From Auanema rhodensis (lineage: Eukaryota; Animalia; Nematoda): a stretch of 64,000 nucleotides of DNA. How positions within the stretch are numbered: position 1 is the first letter of the stretch; the number at the start of each line of letters is the position of its first letter. The notes beneath the pieces are model-generated. The model was not told the origin of the DNA. It did no database searches and saw nothing but the letters and a program-made list of their open reading frames with translations. Where the stretch lies: assembly GCA_964057225.1 (NCBI GenBank), contig OZ059896.1:11532001-11596000 (forward strand). Reading direction: 5' to 3'. Shown here piece after piece: positions 38,444 to 48,435 of the stretch. Position numbers and translations under genes: made by a program.

Positions 38444-40596
38444 TTTTTAATCATTGAAAAACATTTAAATTTCAATATTGTGATGCTCAAAAACTGAAAC
38501 ATTTAAATATTTTGTATTTTCTAAACCATTTCATTCCATCTCTTTTTTTTAATCCCATATTTCAAACAACTTTATATTTCTACCACAATTTCATAATTTC
38601 ATTTTTTAAATTTTTAATCATTAAAAAACATTTAAATTTCAATATTGTGATGCTCAAAAACTGAAACATTTAAATATTTTGTATTTTCTAAACCATTTCA
38701 TTCCATCTCTTTTTTTTAATCCCATATTTCAAACAACTTTATATTTCTACCACAATTTCATAATTTCATTTTTTAAATTTTTAATCATTAAAAAACATTT
38801 AAATTTCAATATTGTGATGCTCAAAAACTGAAACATTTAAATATTTTATATTTTCTATAATTTCATTCTTTAAATTTTTAATCATTAAAAAACATATAAA
38901 TTTCAATATTGTGATGCTCAAAAACTGAAACATTTAAATATTTTGTATTTTCTAAACCATTTCATTCCATCTCTTTTTTTTAATCCCATATTTTTCATAT
39001 TTAATAAAAATAGTTTTAAGAATATATATGAATTGTTTCATCTTTTGCTTAAAATTATTATGTCTCTTTGTTTGTTATAGTCGTTATTTTTTATTTAATT
39101 GAAATGTTTTCAAATATATGTTTAGTTTGTTTCAAAACGATTAGAAAAATACAAAATATTTAAATGTTTCAGTTTTTGAGCATCATTTTTTTTAATGATT
39201 AAAAATTTAATAAATAAAAATTAAATAATAGTAGAATTATAAAATTGTTTAAAATATATATAAATAAAAGAGATGAAGTGAAATGGTTTAGAAAATACAA
39301 AATATTTAAATGTTTCAGTTTTTGAGCATCACAATATTGAAATTTAAATGTTTTTTAGTGATTAAAAATTTAATAAACGAAATTATGAAAAAGTGATAGA
39401 AATTTAAATTTGTTCAAGATATGTGATTAAATAAAAGAGATGAAGTGAAATGGCTTAGAAAATATAAATCAATTTCATGTTTCAGTTTTTGAGCATCACA
39501 ATATTGAAATTTAAATGTTTTTTTTTTTAATGATTAAAAATTTAAAAAATGAAATTATGAAATAGTGGTAGAAATATAAAATTGTTTAAAATAGATGGAG
39601 TGAAATGGTTTAGAAAAAACAAAATATTTAAATGTTTCTGTTTTTGCGCATCAAAATATTTAAATTTAAGTGTAATTTAATGATTAAAAAGTTTAATAAA
39701 TAAAAATTATAAAGTAGTGGTAAATATTTAAAATTGTTTAAAATATGAAATTAAATAAAAGAGATGAAGTGAAATGGTTTAGAAAATACAAAATATTTAA
39801 ATGTGTCAGTTTTTGAGCATCAAAATATTTAAATTTAAGTGTATTTTAATGAATAAAAATTTAATAAATGATATTATGGCATGGATTTGGGATAAGATTT
39901 TATTTTATTTTTCAAAAAGTCACCAAATGTATGATGATTTGTTTAAAAATAGATGGCAGAATTTAAAATTGCTCAAGATATGTAATCAAATAAAAGATAT
40001 AGAGTGAAAAGAATTGTAACATGAAAAAAAAAAAAAGTAATAGTAAAAAGTAACGAATATTAATTCGATAAGATTGGTGAAACAGATACGTTGACCTACA
40101 ATGAACCAAATGGCAAAGCACTTGTTCATTAAAGTATAACAATTAGCTGTATAGCATATGCATCAAGATTTCTAATATTCTCAAATTACGTGGAAAGAAG
40201 AGTATATAGAAAAAGTTTTAGTGTGTATATTACTAATATTCTAATACACTAACTCAATGGAACACATATCGAAGATTAATTCGATAAGATCGATAAGAAG
40301 AAACAGGTGCGCTGACCACAACAATTCATGCGTATTTTTAATCATTGAAAAACATTTAAATTTCAATATTGTGATGCTCAAAAACTGAAACATTTAAATA
40401 TTTTGTATTTTCTAAACCATTTCATTCCATCTCTTTTTTTTAATCCCATATTTCAAACAACTTTATATTTCTACCACAATTTCATAATTTCATTTTTTAA
40501 ATTTTTAATCATTAAAAAACATTTAAATTTCAATATTGTGATGCTCAAAAACTGAAACATTTAAATATTTTGTATTTTCTAAACCATTTCATTCCA

Positions 40597-41405
40597 AGTA
40601 GAGAGCCGTGCAAAATTTACTAACCACGCCCCCAAACAGCTGTCAAAAACATACTTTTGGGGGCGTCAGCTGCTAAAAACATACTTTTGGGGCGCGTGAG
40701 CTGTCAAAAACATATTTTTGAGCGTCAGCTGTTAAAATCATATTTTAGGATCATGGTTCATGGATTTTCCTTTTTTAAATATAAAAGTCATGATTTAAAG
40801 CATGATTTTTTTTTTTTTGATTTTTTTTTTTTAAATTTTTTTTTTTTAAATCAAATTTAAATATGTTTTTTCAAATGTATGTATATATTTTCAATTATTT
40901 TTAAATATATTAAGTAAAAATAAAAATCTTAATTTTAAATATTTAAATTATATTTAAATTTTATATATATATATAAATTTTATTTAAACTTTAAATATTT
41001 AAATTATATTTAAATTTTATATATATAAATTATATTTAAACTTTAAATTTTATATATAAATTATATTTAAATTTTAAATATATAAATTTGTTTTTAAATT
41101 TTATTTATTTCTTTATTTCTTTATTATATTTATTAATAATGTTTGTTTACTTGATTTGTTTATTTTTTATTGTATTGTGTTTGTATTGTTTTTATTTTAA
41201 AGATCAATAAAATTTTTGCATGTAGATAATTTTGTTCACCGTACTTGTTATGGGTAATTCAATGGAACACATATCGAAGGTTAATTCGATAAGAACGATA
41301 TGAAATACAAAATTCAATGGAACACATATCGAAGGTTAATTCGATAAGAACGATATGAAATACAAAATTCAATGGAACACATATCGAAGGTTAATTCGAT
41401 AAGAA
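40597..41405 (+). repeat. Left terminal repeat of copy B, including ~29-bp CAGCTG repeats and three 53-bp-period palindromic repeats (41261-41404)
   Basis: Similar to 33109-33910 at both ends of the segment, then diverges. Confidence 0.85.
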
Positions 41406-42225
41406 CGACATTAAATTATTAATTTTTGAAATTACAAATTGTTATTAATTATATTTATTCTAACAAGTAAAAGTTTCAAATTAAAAGAAAAGACTAGTTT
41501 TAAACTTTATTTTACTAATATAACAATACAATAACTCTATAGAGCACACATTGAAGGTAAATACGACGGGATTAACAAACAGTTGCGCTGACCTCAACGC
41601 ACATCGATGGTTAATAAACACTAATAACTGCACTGTGGGGGTTTAAATATAGTATAATCATTTTAACATTTCAAAAGTTTTAGTTTCGTAATATAATCAT
41701 TATTAAATATTCAAGAATGAAATATTTTTACATATAAAACGTTGGCAGTCATATGTTTTGTGCTACAATATGGGTGTAAAAGTATACTATGAATAATATA
41801 TGAGCTATTAAGCAAAGTTTAAAAAGCCTAAATGTTTTACAGAGATGGCTGTTGTTTATGGCACAAACGGTAAACAATAATGTTTAAAGAGATGTAAAAA
41901 CTAATTAATATGCAGATTGTTTACAGGTTCAGAGTGCGCCAACTGCTGGCAACTGTCGACGAGATGAGTATATCTGCATAAATATGCTGTAAAATCTAAT
42001 TAATAAAAGAATTTCATCAGCAAACTTGATTGTAACACAATTGGTTGTACTTTACAAAAATCTTTGTATAAAAGGTTGGCAATTTTGCTACATTTACATT
42101 TCAGCTCTGCCAACTATCCGAGGATCCGACGTTTCACCATCTCCTGCCACTCTTTGCCAATCGCCATAGACTACTCCTCTCTGCAAGTTTGCCTTATATT
42201 TTAGAAAGTTGGATCTTTAGCGGAA

Positions 42226-42810
42226 ATGAAGCGTGCTGTACTTGCTGATGTGACAAATGTTGTGCTCAAATCGCCTGAACCTGAAGTACCACGACCACCC
42301 ACACCAGCTCCAAATTTTACAAATTTTGGTATGAACCTTAACTTGTATTTATTAAATCTTTAATTTAGATTCACCAATAAAGCAGATGGAGATTCTGAGA
42401 GAGAGCACTCCACCAAGGAGTGTATTAATGAGACCAATTTGTCTCTGCAAAACTTGTAGGGAATCATTGCAGGTTATAGACGAGTATCACTGTTTCAGCC
42501 TCTGTATAAAGTGTAGAGGAAGGAATGATGCGTTGGGTCTTTTGAAGGAATTTCGTCACTATAAGCCCGAAAAGTTCTCTATTAATGTAAGCTTGCATAT
42601 TTATTTATTTTCAATTTTATCATTTTTTAGATGCGCTCTTATAACACCATGACGTGCAAGCAATTGTTGAACAATATGGGCTATATTGTTATATATGCAG
42701 ATGAGGCTACTGTAAAGACTTTTGGTTATAAGCAGAATGTATTCTACTTTAAACTAAGTCCAGAAGCACTCAACCTGAACATGTTTATCCGCTTTGATCC
42801 TTCATTTTGA
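42226..42810 (+). CDS. Spliced 166-aa Maverick cargo protein with an N-terminal D-box, CDK consensus sites and a Cys cluster
   Basis: Exons 42226-42328, 42369-42586 and 42631-42810 (GT-AG introns of 40 and 44 nt) join into a 501-nt open frame, MKRAVLADVTN...IRFDPSF*. Confidence 0.75.
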
Positions 42811-43109
42811 CTACAACAAGCACAAATAGTACAATTGGCGTTTTATTCTTGTTTTGTTATGTGGCATTTTTATATTCTCAGCCGTAACATTTTTTTTTTT
42901 CCAGCTCTTGCGAATATCCATCAATGGCTCATCAATTGAGGACGAATGATCAACCAACTGGTAAGAATTTGAAAATTTGAATAGTCTACATTTTTTTTTT
43001 GCAGGTTGAATTGTTGTTGTTTGTATTTTGCTGGTTTTTTATTGTTACATTATTCGATATATCAAATAAATCATTTATTATAATTACAATTGTTTATAAC
43101 ATTGAAAAA

Positions 43110-44177
43110 TTATACATTTAAATTTTCTGCATCTATCCATTCGTTAAAGTTGTCGGGATATCCACTCCATTTTACAAATACTTGACGTTTACCGCTTCGA
43201 GTACGCTCTTTTAAAACTTTTTCTATATAGTACTTGTTACTTTTATTAGTAGCCAAGACAAGTTCAGGTTCGTAGAATATTCCCTTTATACGTTCACCAT
43301 TATAATCTACAAGTTTATACACGGTTGGGTTTCCGGTTACAACCTCATCAATTGTGAATAGCTCCATTGTATATCCAGACTCGTAGCTTTTTTCAAAAGT
43401 ACGCCTATTTTTGCTTATGCGAACAGTATCACCAATTTCAAAGCGGCTTTTAACAGCTGGTGCATATTCTTCAATGAATATATTTGCTTTAACATCAATG
43501 GGCCGCATTTTAATTGACCGATTATAAGATTTATTTATTCCTTCAACCAAGTCATCTAGGATATCAATCCATCGATGATTATTCTTGTAATAGAGATATT
43601 TCATCATGCGTGTTTTTAAAGTTCTATTTGCTCGCTCCACCATTGCAGCCTTTTGTGGTGAACTTGTAGATCCGTGCAGTATGGCAAACTTTTTGAATAG
43701 TTTTTCACAATGACTATTATAAAACTCTGTGCCATTATCAGTAATCAACTGAATTGGTATAAAATTCTTGAATAAATTTTCAAATGCACTAGCAACCTCT
43801 ATACCACCTTTAGTTTTCAAAGGCCTAACATATAACATGCGTGTATAAACATCAATCATGGTCAACATGTAAGCATAGCCGTCGTTTAATTTTTTATATT
43901 TTTGCATATCAACCAAATCTGCTTGCACTGTTAGAAATCGACCACATCCTCTAGTCTTTCTAGTCTGCATACGCATTCTGGTTGGTTTATGCCGTGTAAA
44001 AGTTTCAGAATCTTGCAAAAAATCATCAACTTGTACCTTTGAAATGCCATGTTTTCGTGCTTGCGATAATAAATTCTTGGCTGATGTATATGAAGCTGGA
44101 TGTTTTATATCGTAATAAATGCTCGCCAAAATATCATTTCCATAATCTAATGTAGAACCTTTTACGACCTTGGCCAT
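43110..44177 (-). CDS. int: Retroviral-like (c-) integrase with C-terminal chromodomain
   Basis: QADLVDM, ITDNGTEF and VERANRT form the DDE triad. The chromodomain reads YYIEKVL...FVKWSGYP..FNEWI. Start placed at MAKVV. Confidence 0.95.
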   Translation of the reverse strand: MAKVVKGSTLDYGNDILASIYYDIKHPASYTSAKNLLSQARKHGISKVQVDDFLQDSETFTRHKPTRMRMQTRKTRGCGRFLTVQADLVDMQKYKKLNDGYAYMLTMIDVYTRMLYVRPLKTKGGIEVASAFENLFKNFIPIQLITDNGTEFYNSHCEKLFKKFAILHGSTSSPQKAAMVERANRTLKTRMMKYLYYKNNHRWIDILDDLVEGINKSYNRSIKMRPIDVKANIFIEEYAPAVKSRFEIGDTVRISKNRRTFEKSYESGYTMELFTIDEVVTGNPTVYKLVDYNGERIKGIFYEPELVLATNKSNKYYIEKVLKERTRSGKRQVFVKWSGYPDNFNEWIDAENLNV

Positions 44178-44850
44178 TCTGTGAGTCTCCTTCTTGTGGT
44201 GTGTAATATGATTCGGCGGCAGTATCAAAAGTCTTTGACCTTTTACTTTTGAGTGTACGAACCGGTGATGGTGAATATCGAATAACAGCTTTACGATGAC
44301 GAGGCGTTCTAGGTAATATAGTAGAGTCCAAGTCTGTAACAGCCGGTTCAGCTCTAGTTACAACGTCAACTGAATCATTGTCAGCCGACTCTCTTCTAGT
44401 TTGTTTCTTGTTAGAACTAGGTACGCCTTTACTGGCTAAAAACTTTGACAAGACTGAAAATCCATTGGGCTCCGTTTTTGTTTTATCCAATACAAAATCT
44501 AAAATTTTTGTAATATTCGTGTTTGGTACAGCCTCATTATTAATCACAAGTTGGTTATTCTTGTTTGTGCGCACCTCTGGAAATTTCTCCCACAAATTGT
44601 TATACTTTCTTGGCAACTTGTATTCTGGCAATAGAGGTGGATCAGCATTTTCCACTTGTACTGATATGGGCGCATCTATACTTTCTCTATAGTTTTTGAG
44701 ACGAGCAATCAAGTCTTCGTATAGTTCAGCCTTTTTATAGTCGGGTATAGCTCTATTTTCTCGTAAAAGCTTGAGCTCTGCATCAAACTTGTCTATATTA
44801 ATTGTTTCCTCGTCGACAGGAATTAGTCGATATTTATGGTTGAGCTTCAT
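44134..44850 (-). CDS. Maverick protein of unknown function, 238 aa, basic Ser/Pro-rich tail
   Basis: Open ORF packed between core genes. Ends QNGQG-RKRF..LWK, a protease-site-like motif. Confidence 0.75.
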   Translation of the reverse strand: MKLNHKYRLIPVDEETINIDKFDAELKLLRENRAIPDYKKAELYEDLIARLKNYRESIDAPISVQVENADPPLLPEYKLPRKYNNLWEKFPEVRTNKNNQLVINNEAVPNTNITKILDFVLDKTKTEPNGFSVLSKFLASKGVPSSNKKQTRRESADNDSVDVVTRAEPAVTDLDSTILPRTPRHRKAVIRYSPSPVRTLKSKRSKTFDTAAESYYTPQEGDSQNGQGRKRFYIRLWK

Positions 44851-45155
44851 GATTTAAAACCAAAATAGGCAATACCACATGTAACTATTGTTTTCAATTG
44901 TTTGTGTGAAATCGTTGCCAATAATGATTTAGCCTTTTCCGGTGTGCGTATCAAAGCTATTTGACGTAATAATGAAGATATGGGCAAGAGGGTTTTATAT
45001 TCCTTGTTAGTTAAAAGAAAATTATTATTTTTCACAATATTAAATACAATTTCAACAATAATTTCAATTTGTGCAAAAGAAAATGAGGAAACAGAACAAG
45101 GAGTTTTGGCGCAAGAAGACAAAAAGTTGAAATTTGACAAAATACGACCACTCAT
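44847..45155 (-). CDS. Small conserved-type Maverick protein, 102 aa
   Basis: The pattern I.EI.FN.....LT......L......LR.IA resembles the small ORF that follows the ATPase in Mavericks. ATGA overlap with the next ORF. Confidence 0.65.
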   Translation of the reverse strand: MSGRILSNFNFLSSCAKTPCSVSSFSFAQIEIIVEIVFNIVKNNNFLLTNKEYKTLLPISSLLRQIALIRTPEKAKSLLATISHKQLKTIVTCGIAYFGFKS

Positions 45156-45167
45156 TGAACAAGCACT

Positions 45168-45815
45168 TTAAACACTAAACACATTTCTGGCAACATAAAC
45201 AATAGGGTTCTCCGCTGTTATATCAGATAGTATACGCTGCTTCTCACTTGTTAAAGGATGATTGTCAATCAGTAAATGACTATAGGGAGTAGACATTGCA
45301 TCATCATACGCCTCTAGAGCATTTTTGAAACGTGGCCCAAATAATTGCTGCAGACAATTACGTATTTGTAATATATCTGAATGACTTTTCATCAGTATTA
45401 TATATGTACTATTGATTCGACTGGTCCTGTCCAGTTGAAATGCCGCTTGCACAAGATTAAACACTGCCAAATTCCAGTGATGAGCCCATACTGTAAAAAT
45501 GTTGTTGAGTAATTCCTTTGCTGCTTTATTCGATGAAAAAAAGTTCATCAAATCATCCAGCACTAGTATAGTATTTACTCCCTTTTGTTCTTTTATCAAA
45601 TCAGGATCAGGAGGCCCTTGAATAATTATTAAACGCTCATCATTTATTGGTACACCTGACGATGACCCACATTGACTGAACCAGAATATTCTATCAATGG
45701 GGACGTTGAAAAACTTTTCAGTATTTTCACATATGTGCTTTATGAGGGTTGTTTTACCGCATTGGGTAGCACCTATTACAGTTGTCTGACTGGGTAGTTT
45801 GAAGCTGAAAACCAT
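45168..45815 (-). CDS. A32/FtsK-like DNA packaging ATPase
   Basis: Walker A GATQCGKT, Walker B ILVLDDL, AHHWN and YSHLLID. Start placed at MVFSF. Confidence 0.95.
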   Translation of the reverse strand: MVFSFKLPSQTTVIGATQCGKTTLIKHICENTEKFFNVPIDRIFWFSQCGSSSGVPINDERLIIIQGPPDPDLIKEQKGVNTILVLDDLMNFFSSNKAAKELLNNIFTVWAHHWNLAVFNLVQAAFQLDRTSRINSTYIILMKSHSDILQIRNCLQQLFGPRFKNALEAYDDAMSTPYSHLLIDNHPLTSEKQRILSDITAENPIVYVARNVFSV

Positions 45816-45894
45816 AATCAACCACTCGTAAATGTACCTAAAATTCAAATGATTTCATTTGCAATAGTGTACACGTATCAAGTGGTGGTTTGTC

Positions 45895-46752
45895 ATGGAT
45901 GATTTTTACATTACTCTTCCATCATCAGTTGACTCTGAAAAAAGTAATACATCATCAGTGTTTCTTACCAGATTACCTGAAACACTAAGGCTACGCAATA
46001 ATAGATATTGCATTGGGCTGACAGACATCATTTTTCCTTGTTCTATATTAAATGTTCAAAAAGATTTATCTTATACACTACGTTTTTCCAATAGAAAGTT
46101 TATTCTGCACTTGCCTAAAGGCAACTATGCAAATGGTGATGAAATAATACGCGGAATCAATGCTGGAAAAGAATCATTTATCGCCAACAATACAAAGCCT
46201 CTTGAAGCTGAGGAAGAAGCACGTATAAAAAGTTTAATAGATAAAGATGAAGATGTAAAAAAATGGTATAATAATCGCCAGGCTGAGGCTAAGCTAGTGG
46301 AGGAAATGCTCGCAGACGCCACATTTCAGTTTAACAAAACATTGCAGCGCATAGAGTTTGTAACAAGCAAGCGACTATTAATGAATGCAACGCTTGGTGA
46401 TGATTTTGCATATTTTCTTGGTTTTGAAAATAAAAACATCAACGATACAATAATAGCCAGGCGTCCCATTGATTTTTCAAATAACATTAATACAATGTAT
46501 ATATATTGTGATATTGTAGAATATTCCATTCTTGGTAATGTGAAAGCTAATTTACTTGCATGTTTACCTGTACCACCTCCTACTGAATTTGGTAAAATGA
46601 TTGCCAAAACATTTAATCCTATTCGTTATGTACCAATCACTAGACAAACACTCGATACCATACGTATTGAAATTTTAGATGAATTTGGTCGTCCTATGCA
46701 ATTTAATTATGGTTCTACAGTTGTTACATTGCATGTTAAAAATATGAAATAA
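45895..46752 (+). CDS. Minor capsid (penton, single jelly-roll) protein
   Basis: N-terminal FYITLPS, YIYCDIV, and a C-terminal YVP..IRIEILDEFGRPMQF..VTLH typical of Polinton PX. Confidence 0.88.
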   Translation: MDDFYITLPSSVDSEKSNTSSVFLTRLPETLRLRNNRYCIGLTDIIFPCSILNVQKDLSYTLRFSNRKFILHLPKGNYANGDEIIRGINAGKESFIANNTKPLEAEEEARIKSLIDKDEDVKKWYNNRQAEAKLVEEMLADATFQFNKTLQRIEFVTSKRLLMNATLGDDFAYFLGFENKNINDTIIARRPIDFSNNINTMYIYCDIVEYSILGNVKANLLACLPVPPPTEFGKMIAKTFNPIRYVPITRQTLDTIRIEILDEFGRPMQFNYGSTVVTLHVKNMK

Positions 46753-46757
46753 ACGTT

Positions 46758-47222
46758 TTATTCAACAGTTAGACAATACCACATTTTTATTTTCGAAGGT
46801 TTAAAAGATAGTTTAGGGCAGTTTTGTTTGTCGCTCGGCTCGTGTTGTGAATGTTCTCCGTCACTATTGCTGCGGCATCTTTTTGATTGGGTTGAATGTA
46901 CAAACTCCTCAGCTTTTTCAAAGGGTTTGCTGGTATCATTTCCATCACCATCTTCACCATTCGTTCCATTATTATTATGAATACGCCGAATATGACGCTC
47001 ACAATTGAATCTTGTTCCAAAAGTTTCACTACAATGAGGGCACAAACGTCTACGAACACCATCCAAATGTCCATATTTTTGAATAAAGTCAGCATTGCTG
47101 ATATAATTGTTACATATGGGTTGAATCCCTGCATGCCTTTTCAAAACGTGATCACTAAAATGCTTGGTTGAAGAAAATATTTCCTTGCATGTACCACAAT
47201 ATTTGTTACATAAAAGTTCCAT
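46758..47222 (-). CDS. Two-C2H2 zinc-finger protein
   Basis: CGTC-x12-H-x4-H and CPHC-x12-H-x4-H with the conserved F. Synonymous differences from copy A lie in its 5' part. Confidence 0.72.
   Translation of the reverse strand: MELLCNKYCGTCKEIFSSTKHFSDHVLKRHAGIQPICNNYISNADFIQKYGHLDGVRRRLCPHCSETFGTRFNCERHIRRIHNNNGTNGEDGDGNDTSKPFEKAEEFVHSTQSKRCRSNSDGEHSQHEPSDKQNCPKLSFKPSKIKMWYCLTVE
46787..47134 (-). CDS. Overprinted hydrophobic (membrane) protein, 115 aa, in the +1 frame of the zinc-finger gene
   Basis: The first 70 aa differ from copy A at only two positions. Five substitutions are silent in this frame but change the zinc-finger protein. Confidence 0.65.
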   Translation of the reverse strand: MQGFNPYVTIISAMLTLFKNMDIWMVFVDVCALIVVKLLEQDSIVSVIFGVFIIIMERMVKMVMEMIPANPLKKLRSLYIQPNQKDAAAIVTENIHNTSRATNKTALNYLLNLRK

Positions 47223-47263
47223 TAGAGGAAAATGAAAAACGACCACACGCAATCAACCCACTT

Positions 47264-47434
47264 TTATATAATGAGCAATAATATGACTAGTGTTGTACAA
47301 AAGCCCAATCCCAATGCTATACCTTTAATAAATGGCACTGAAATACATTTCAACATTCTCCTGTATAAAGGCGCTGGTTTAGATTGCTCCAACGTGTATT
47401 TGACACATAATTCACAGTGACAAGGAATATTCAT
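47264..47434 (-). CDS. Small protein (56 aa) with CxCxxC and a C-terminal hydrophobic anchor
   Basis: MNIPCHCELC...GIALGLGFCTTLVILLLII. A homologous frame in copy A (~10942-11112) has one in-frame stop. Confidence 0.55.
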   Translation of the reverse strand: MNIPCHCELCVKYTLEQSKPAPLYRRMLKCISVPFIKGIALGLGFCTTLVILLLII

Positions 47435-47475
47435 AACTGACCACGTAATGTAGCAGGTTATTAATGACAAATTTC

Positions 47476-47931
47476 TTATATAGTAGCCAATTTATAGTCG
47501 AATACTTTATGCATAAACGCTTTAATAAAGACATCATCATTTTTCAATAGTTTAAAAAATGAACAAATGCTTTCAAATGAATTACCAGCCGACAACATTA
47601 GTATTACAAATACCACATAGCCACCACAAGTGTATTCAATTAAACGTTGTGGTTTGCAAGTATTAATTTTTACCTTTTTATATTTGGCCAGATAATTTTG
47701 AATGTACTTGTTCATTTTATATCCCAAGCTACAGAAAAAATAGGCCTGCTTGTTACGGACAAAGATGACCTGCCAATGTGTGCCTGGCTTATCATGTGTG
47801 TCAGTATTTACGACAAGTGCAAAGTTTTTACGACGTGTTTTTGGTAGAGTATCAGCGCTATATACACCGAGGAATAGTTTCCGAGTGCTGGGGACAGATT
47901 GCAATAGTGATACTATTTCAGACGAATACAT
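47476..47931 (-). CDS. Adenain-type (adenovirus-like) cysteine maturation protease
   Basis: FLGVY..D.LP, VNTD....PGTHW and Q.....TCG.Y. Start placed at MYSSE. Confidence 0.9.
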   Translation of the reverse strand: MYSSEIVSLLQSVPSTRKLFLGVYSADTLPKTRRKNFALVVNTDTHDKPGTHWQVIFVRNKQAYFFCSLGYKMNKYIQNYLAKYKKVKINTCKPQRLIEYTCGGYVVFVILMLSAGNSFESICSFFKLLKNDDVFIKAFMHKVFDYKLATI

Positions 47932-47982
47932 TTTAGTAGAATGATCTAGTGTAACTTTTGTATTGCGCGCGTGCGGTTCGAT

Positions 47983-48435
47983 ATGCCGCACCTCCTTTCG
48001 GATGTCAACTCTATTCAATGGACAACACTTTTAAATCAACAAATGGGTGGCGCCCCCTTTAGCGGAATGATGTTTCAACGTGGAATGCAGAGGGGTCATG
48101 GTTTGGGTGGTATTTTGGCAACTTTGGCATCATTTCTACCACGCATCATTCAATCACCTATAGCCCAAAATCTCATCAATGCCGGACGAAACGCCTTATC
48201 CAGTGCTGTAAGCAATAGTCCAGTTGTAAATTCACCTCTTGGCGGACAGTTGCTGAAAACTGGTAATGAAATTGTCGATGGGGTGCTGAAAGGCGATAAT
48301 ATCAAGGAAACTCTTAAAACAGCCGGCCGACAAGCTATACGAGATCTTACCGGCTTGGGCAAACGGCGACGACGCAAAACCACAAAACCTCATAAGCGGT
48401 TGTGCATCACTCGTGAGCGGTCGTTTCACATTTAA
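47983..48435 (+). CDS. Maverick core/membrane-active precursor protein
   Basis: Gly-rich adenain-like sites QMGG, QRGHG-LGG and TGLG, followed by KRRRRK. The stop codon directly abuts the MCP ATG. Confidence 0.72.
   Translation: MPHLLSDVNSIQWTTLLNQQMGGAPFSGMMFQRGMQRGHGLGGILATLASFLPRIIQSPIAQNLINAGRNALSSAVSNSPVVNSPLGGQLLKTGNEIVDGVLKGDNIKETLKTAGRQAIRDLTGLGKRRRRKTTKPHKRLCITRERSFHI

Larger units (their letters stand above)
32812..40424 (+). repeat. Tandem duplication, two units of 3788 bp (satellite, Maverick TIR, subterminal repeats, satellite, inverted polB intron, repeat fragment)
   Basis: Termini at 33109 and 36897, and identical spurious ORFs at 36013 and 39801, are each 3788 bp apart. Boundaries are approximate because they fall inside satellite monomers. 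Confidence 0.92.

Noticed and set aside
40657-40860. 67-aa ORF in the TIR
   Set aside because: TTG start, made of TIR repeats and poly-T.
42075-42225. Extra upstream coding exons for the D-box gene
   Set aside because: Acceptor-like sites exist (42104, 42204, 42220), but the joins I tried needed an implausible 18-nt intron or hit stops. More likely 5' UTR or trans-splice sites.
46896-47171. Antisense ORFs conserved between copies (also 10571-10849, 11832-12065/48150-48383, 5952-6269/52469-52786)
   Set aside because: They are shadows of constrained sense-strand genes, with no motifs and mostly non-ATG starts.
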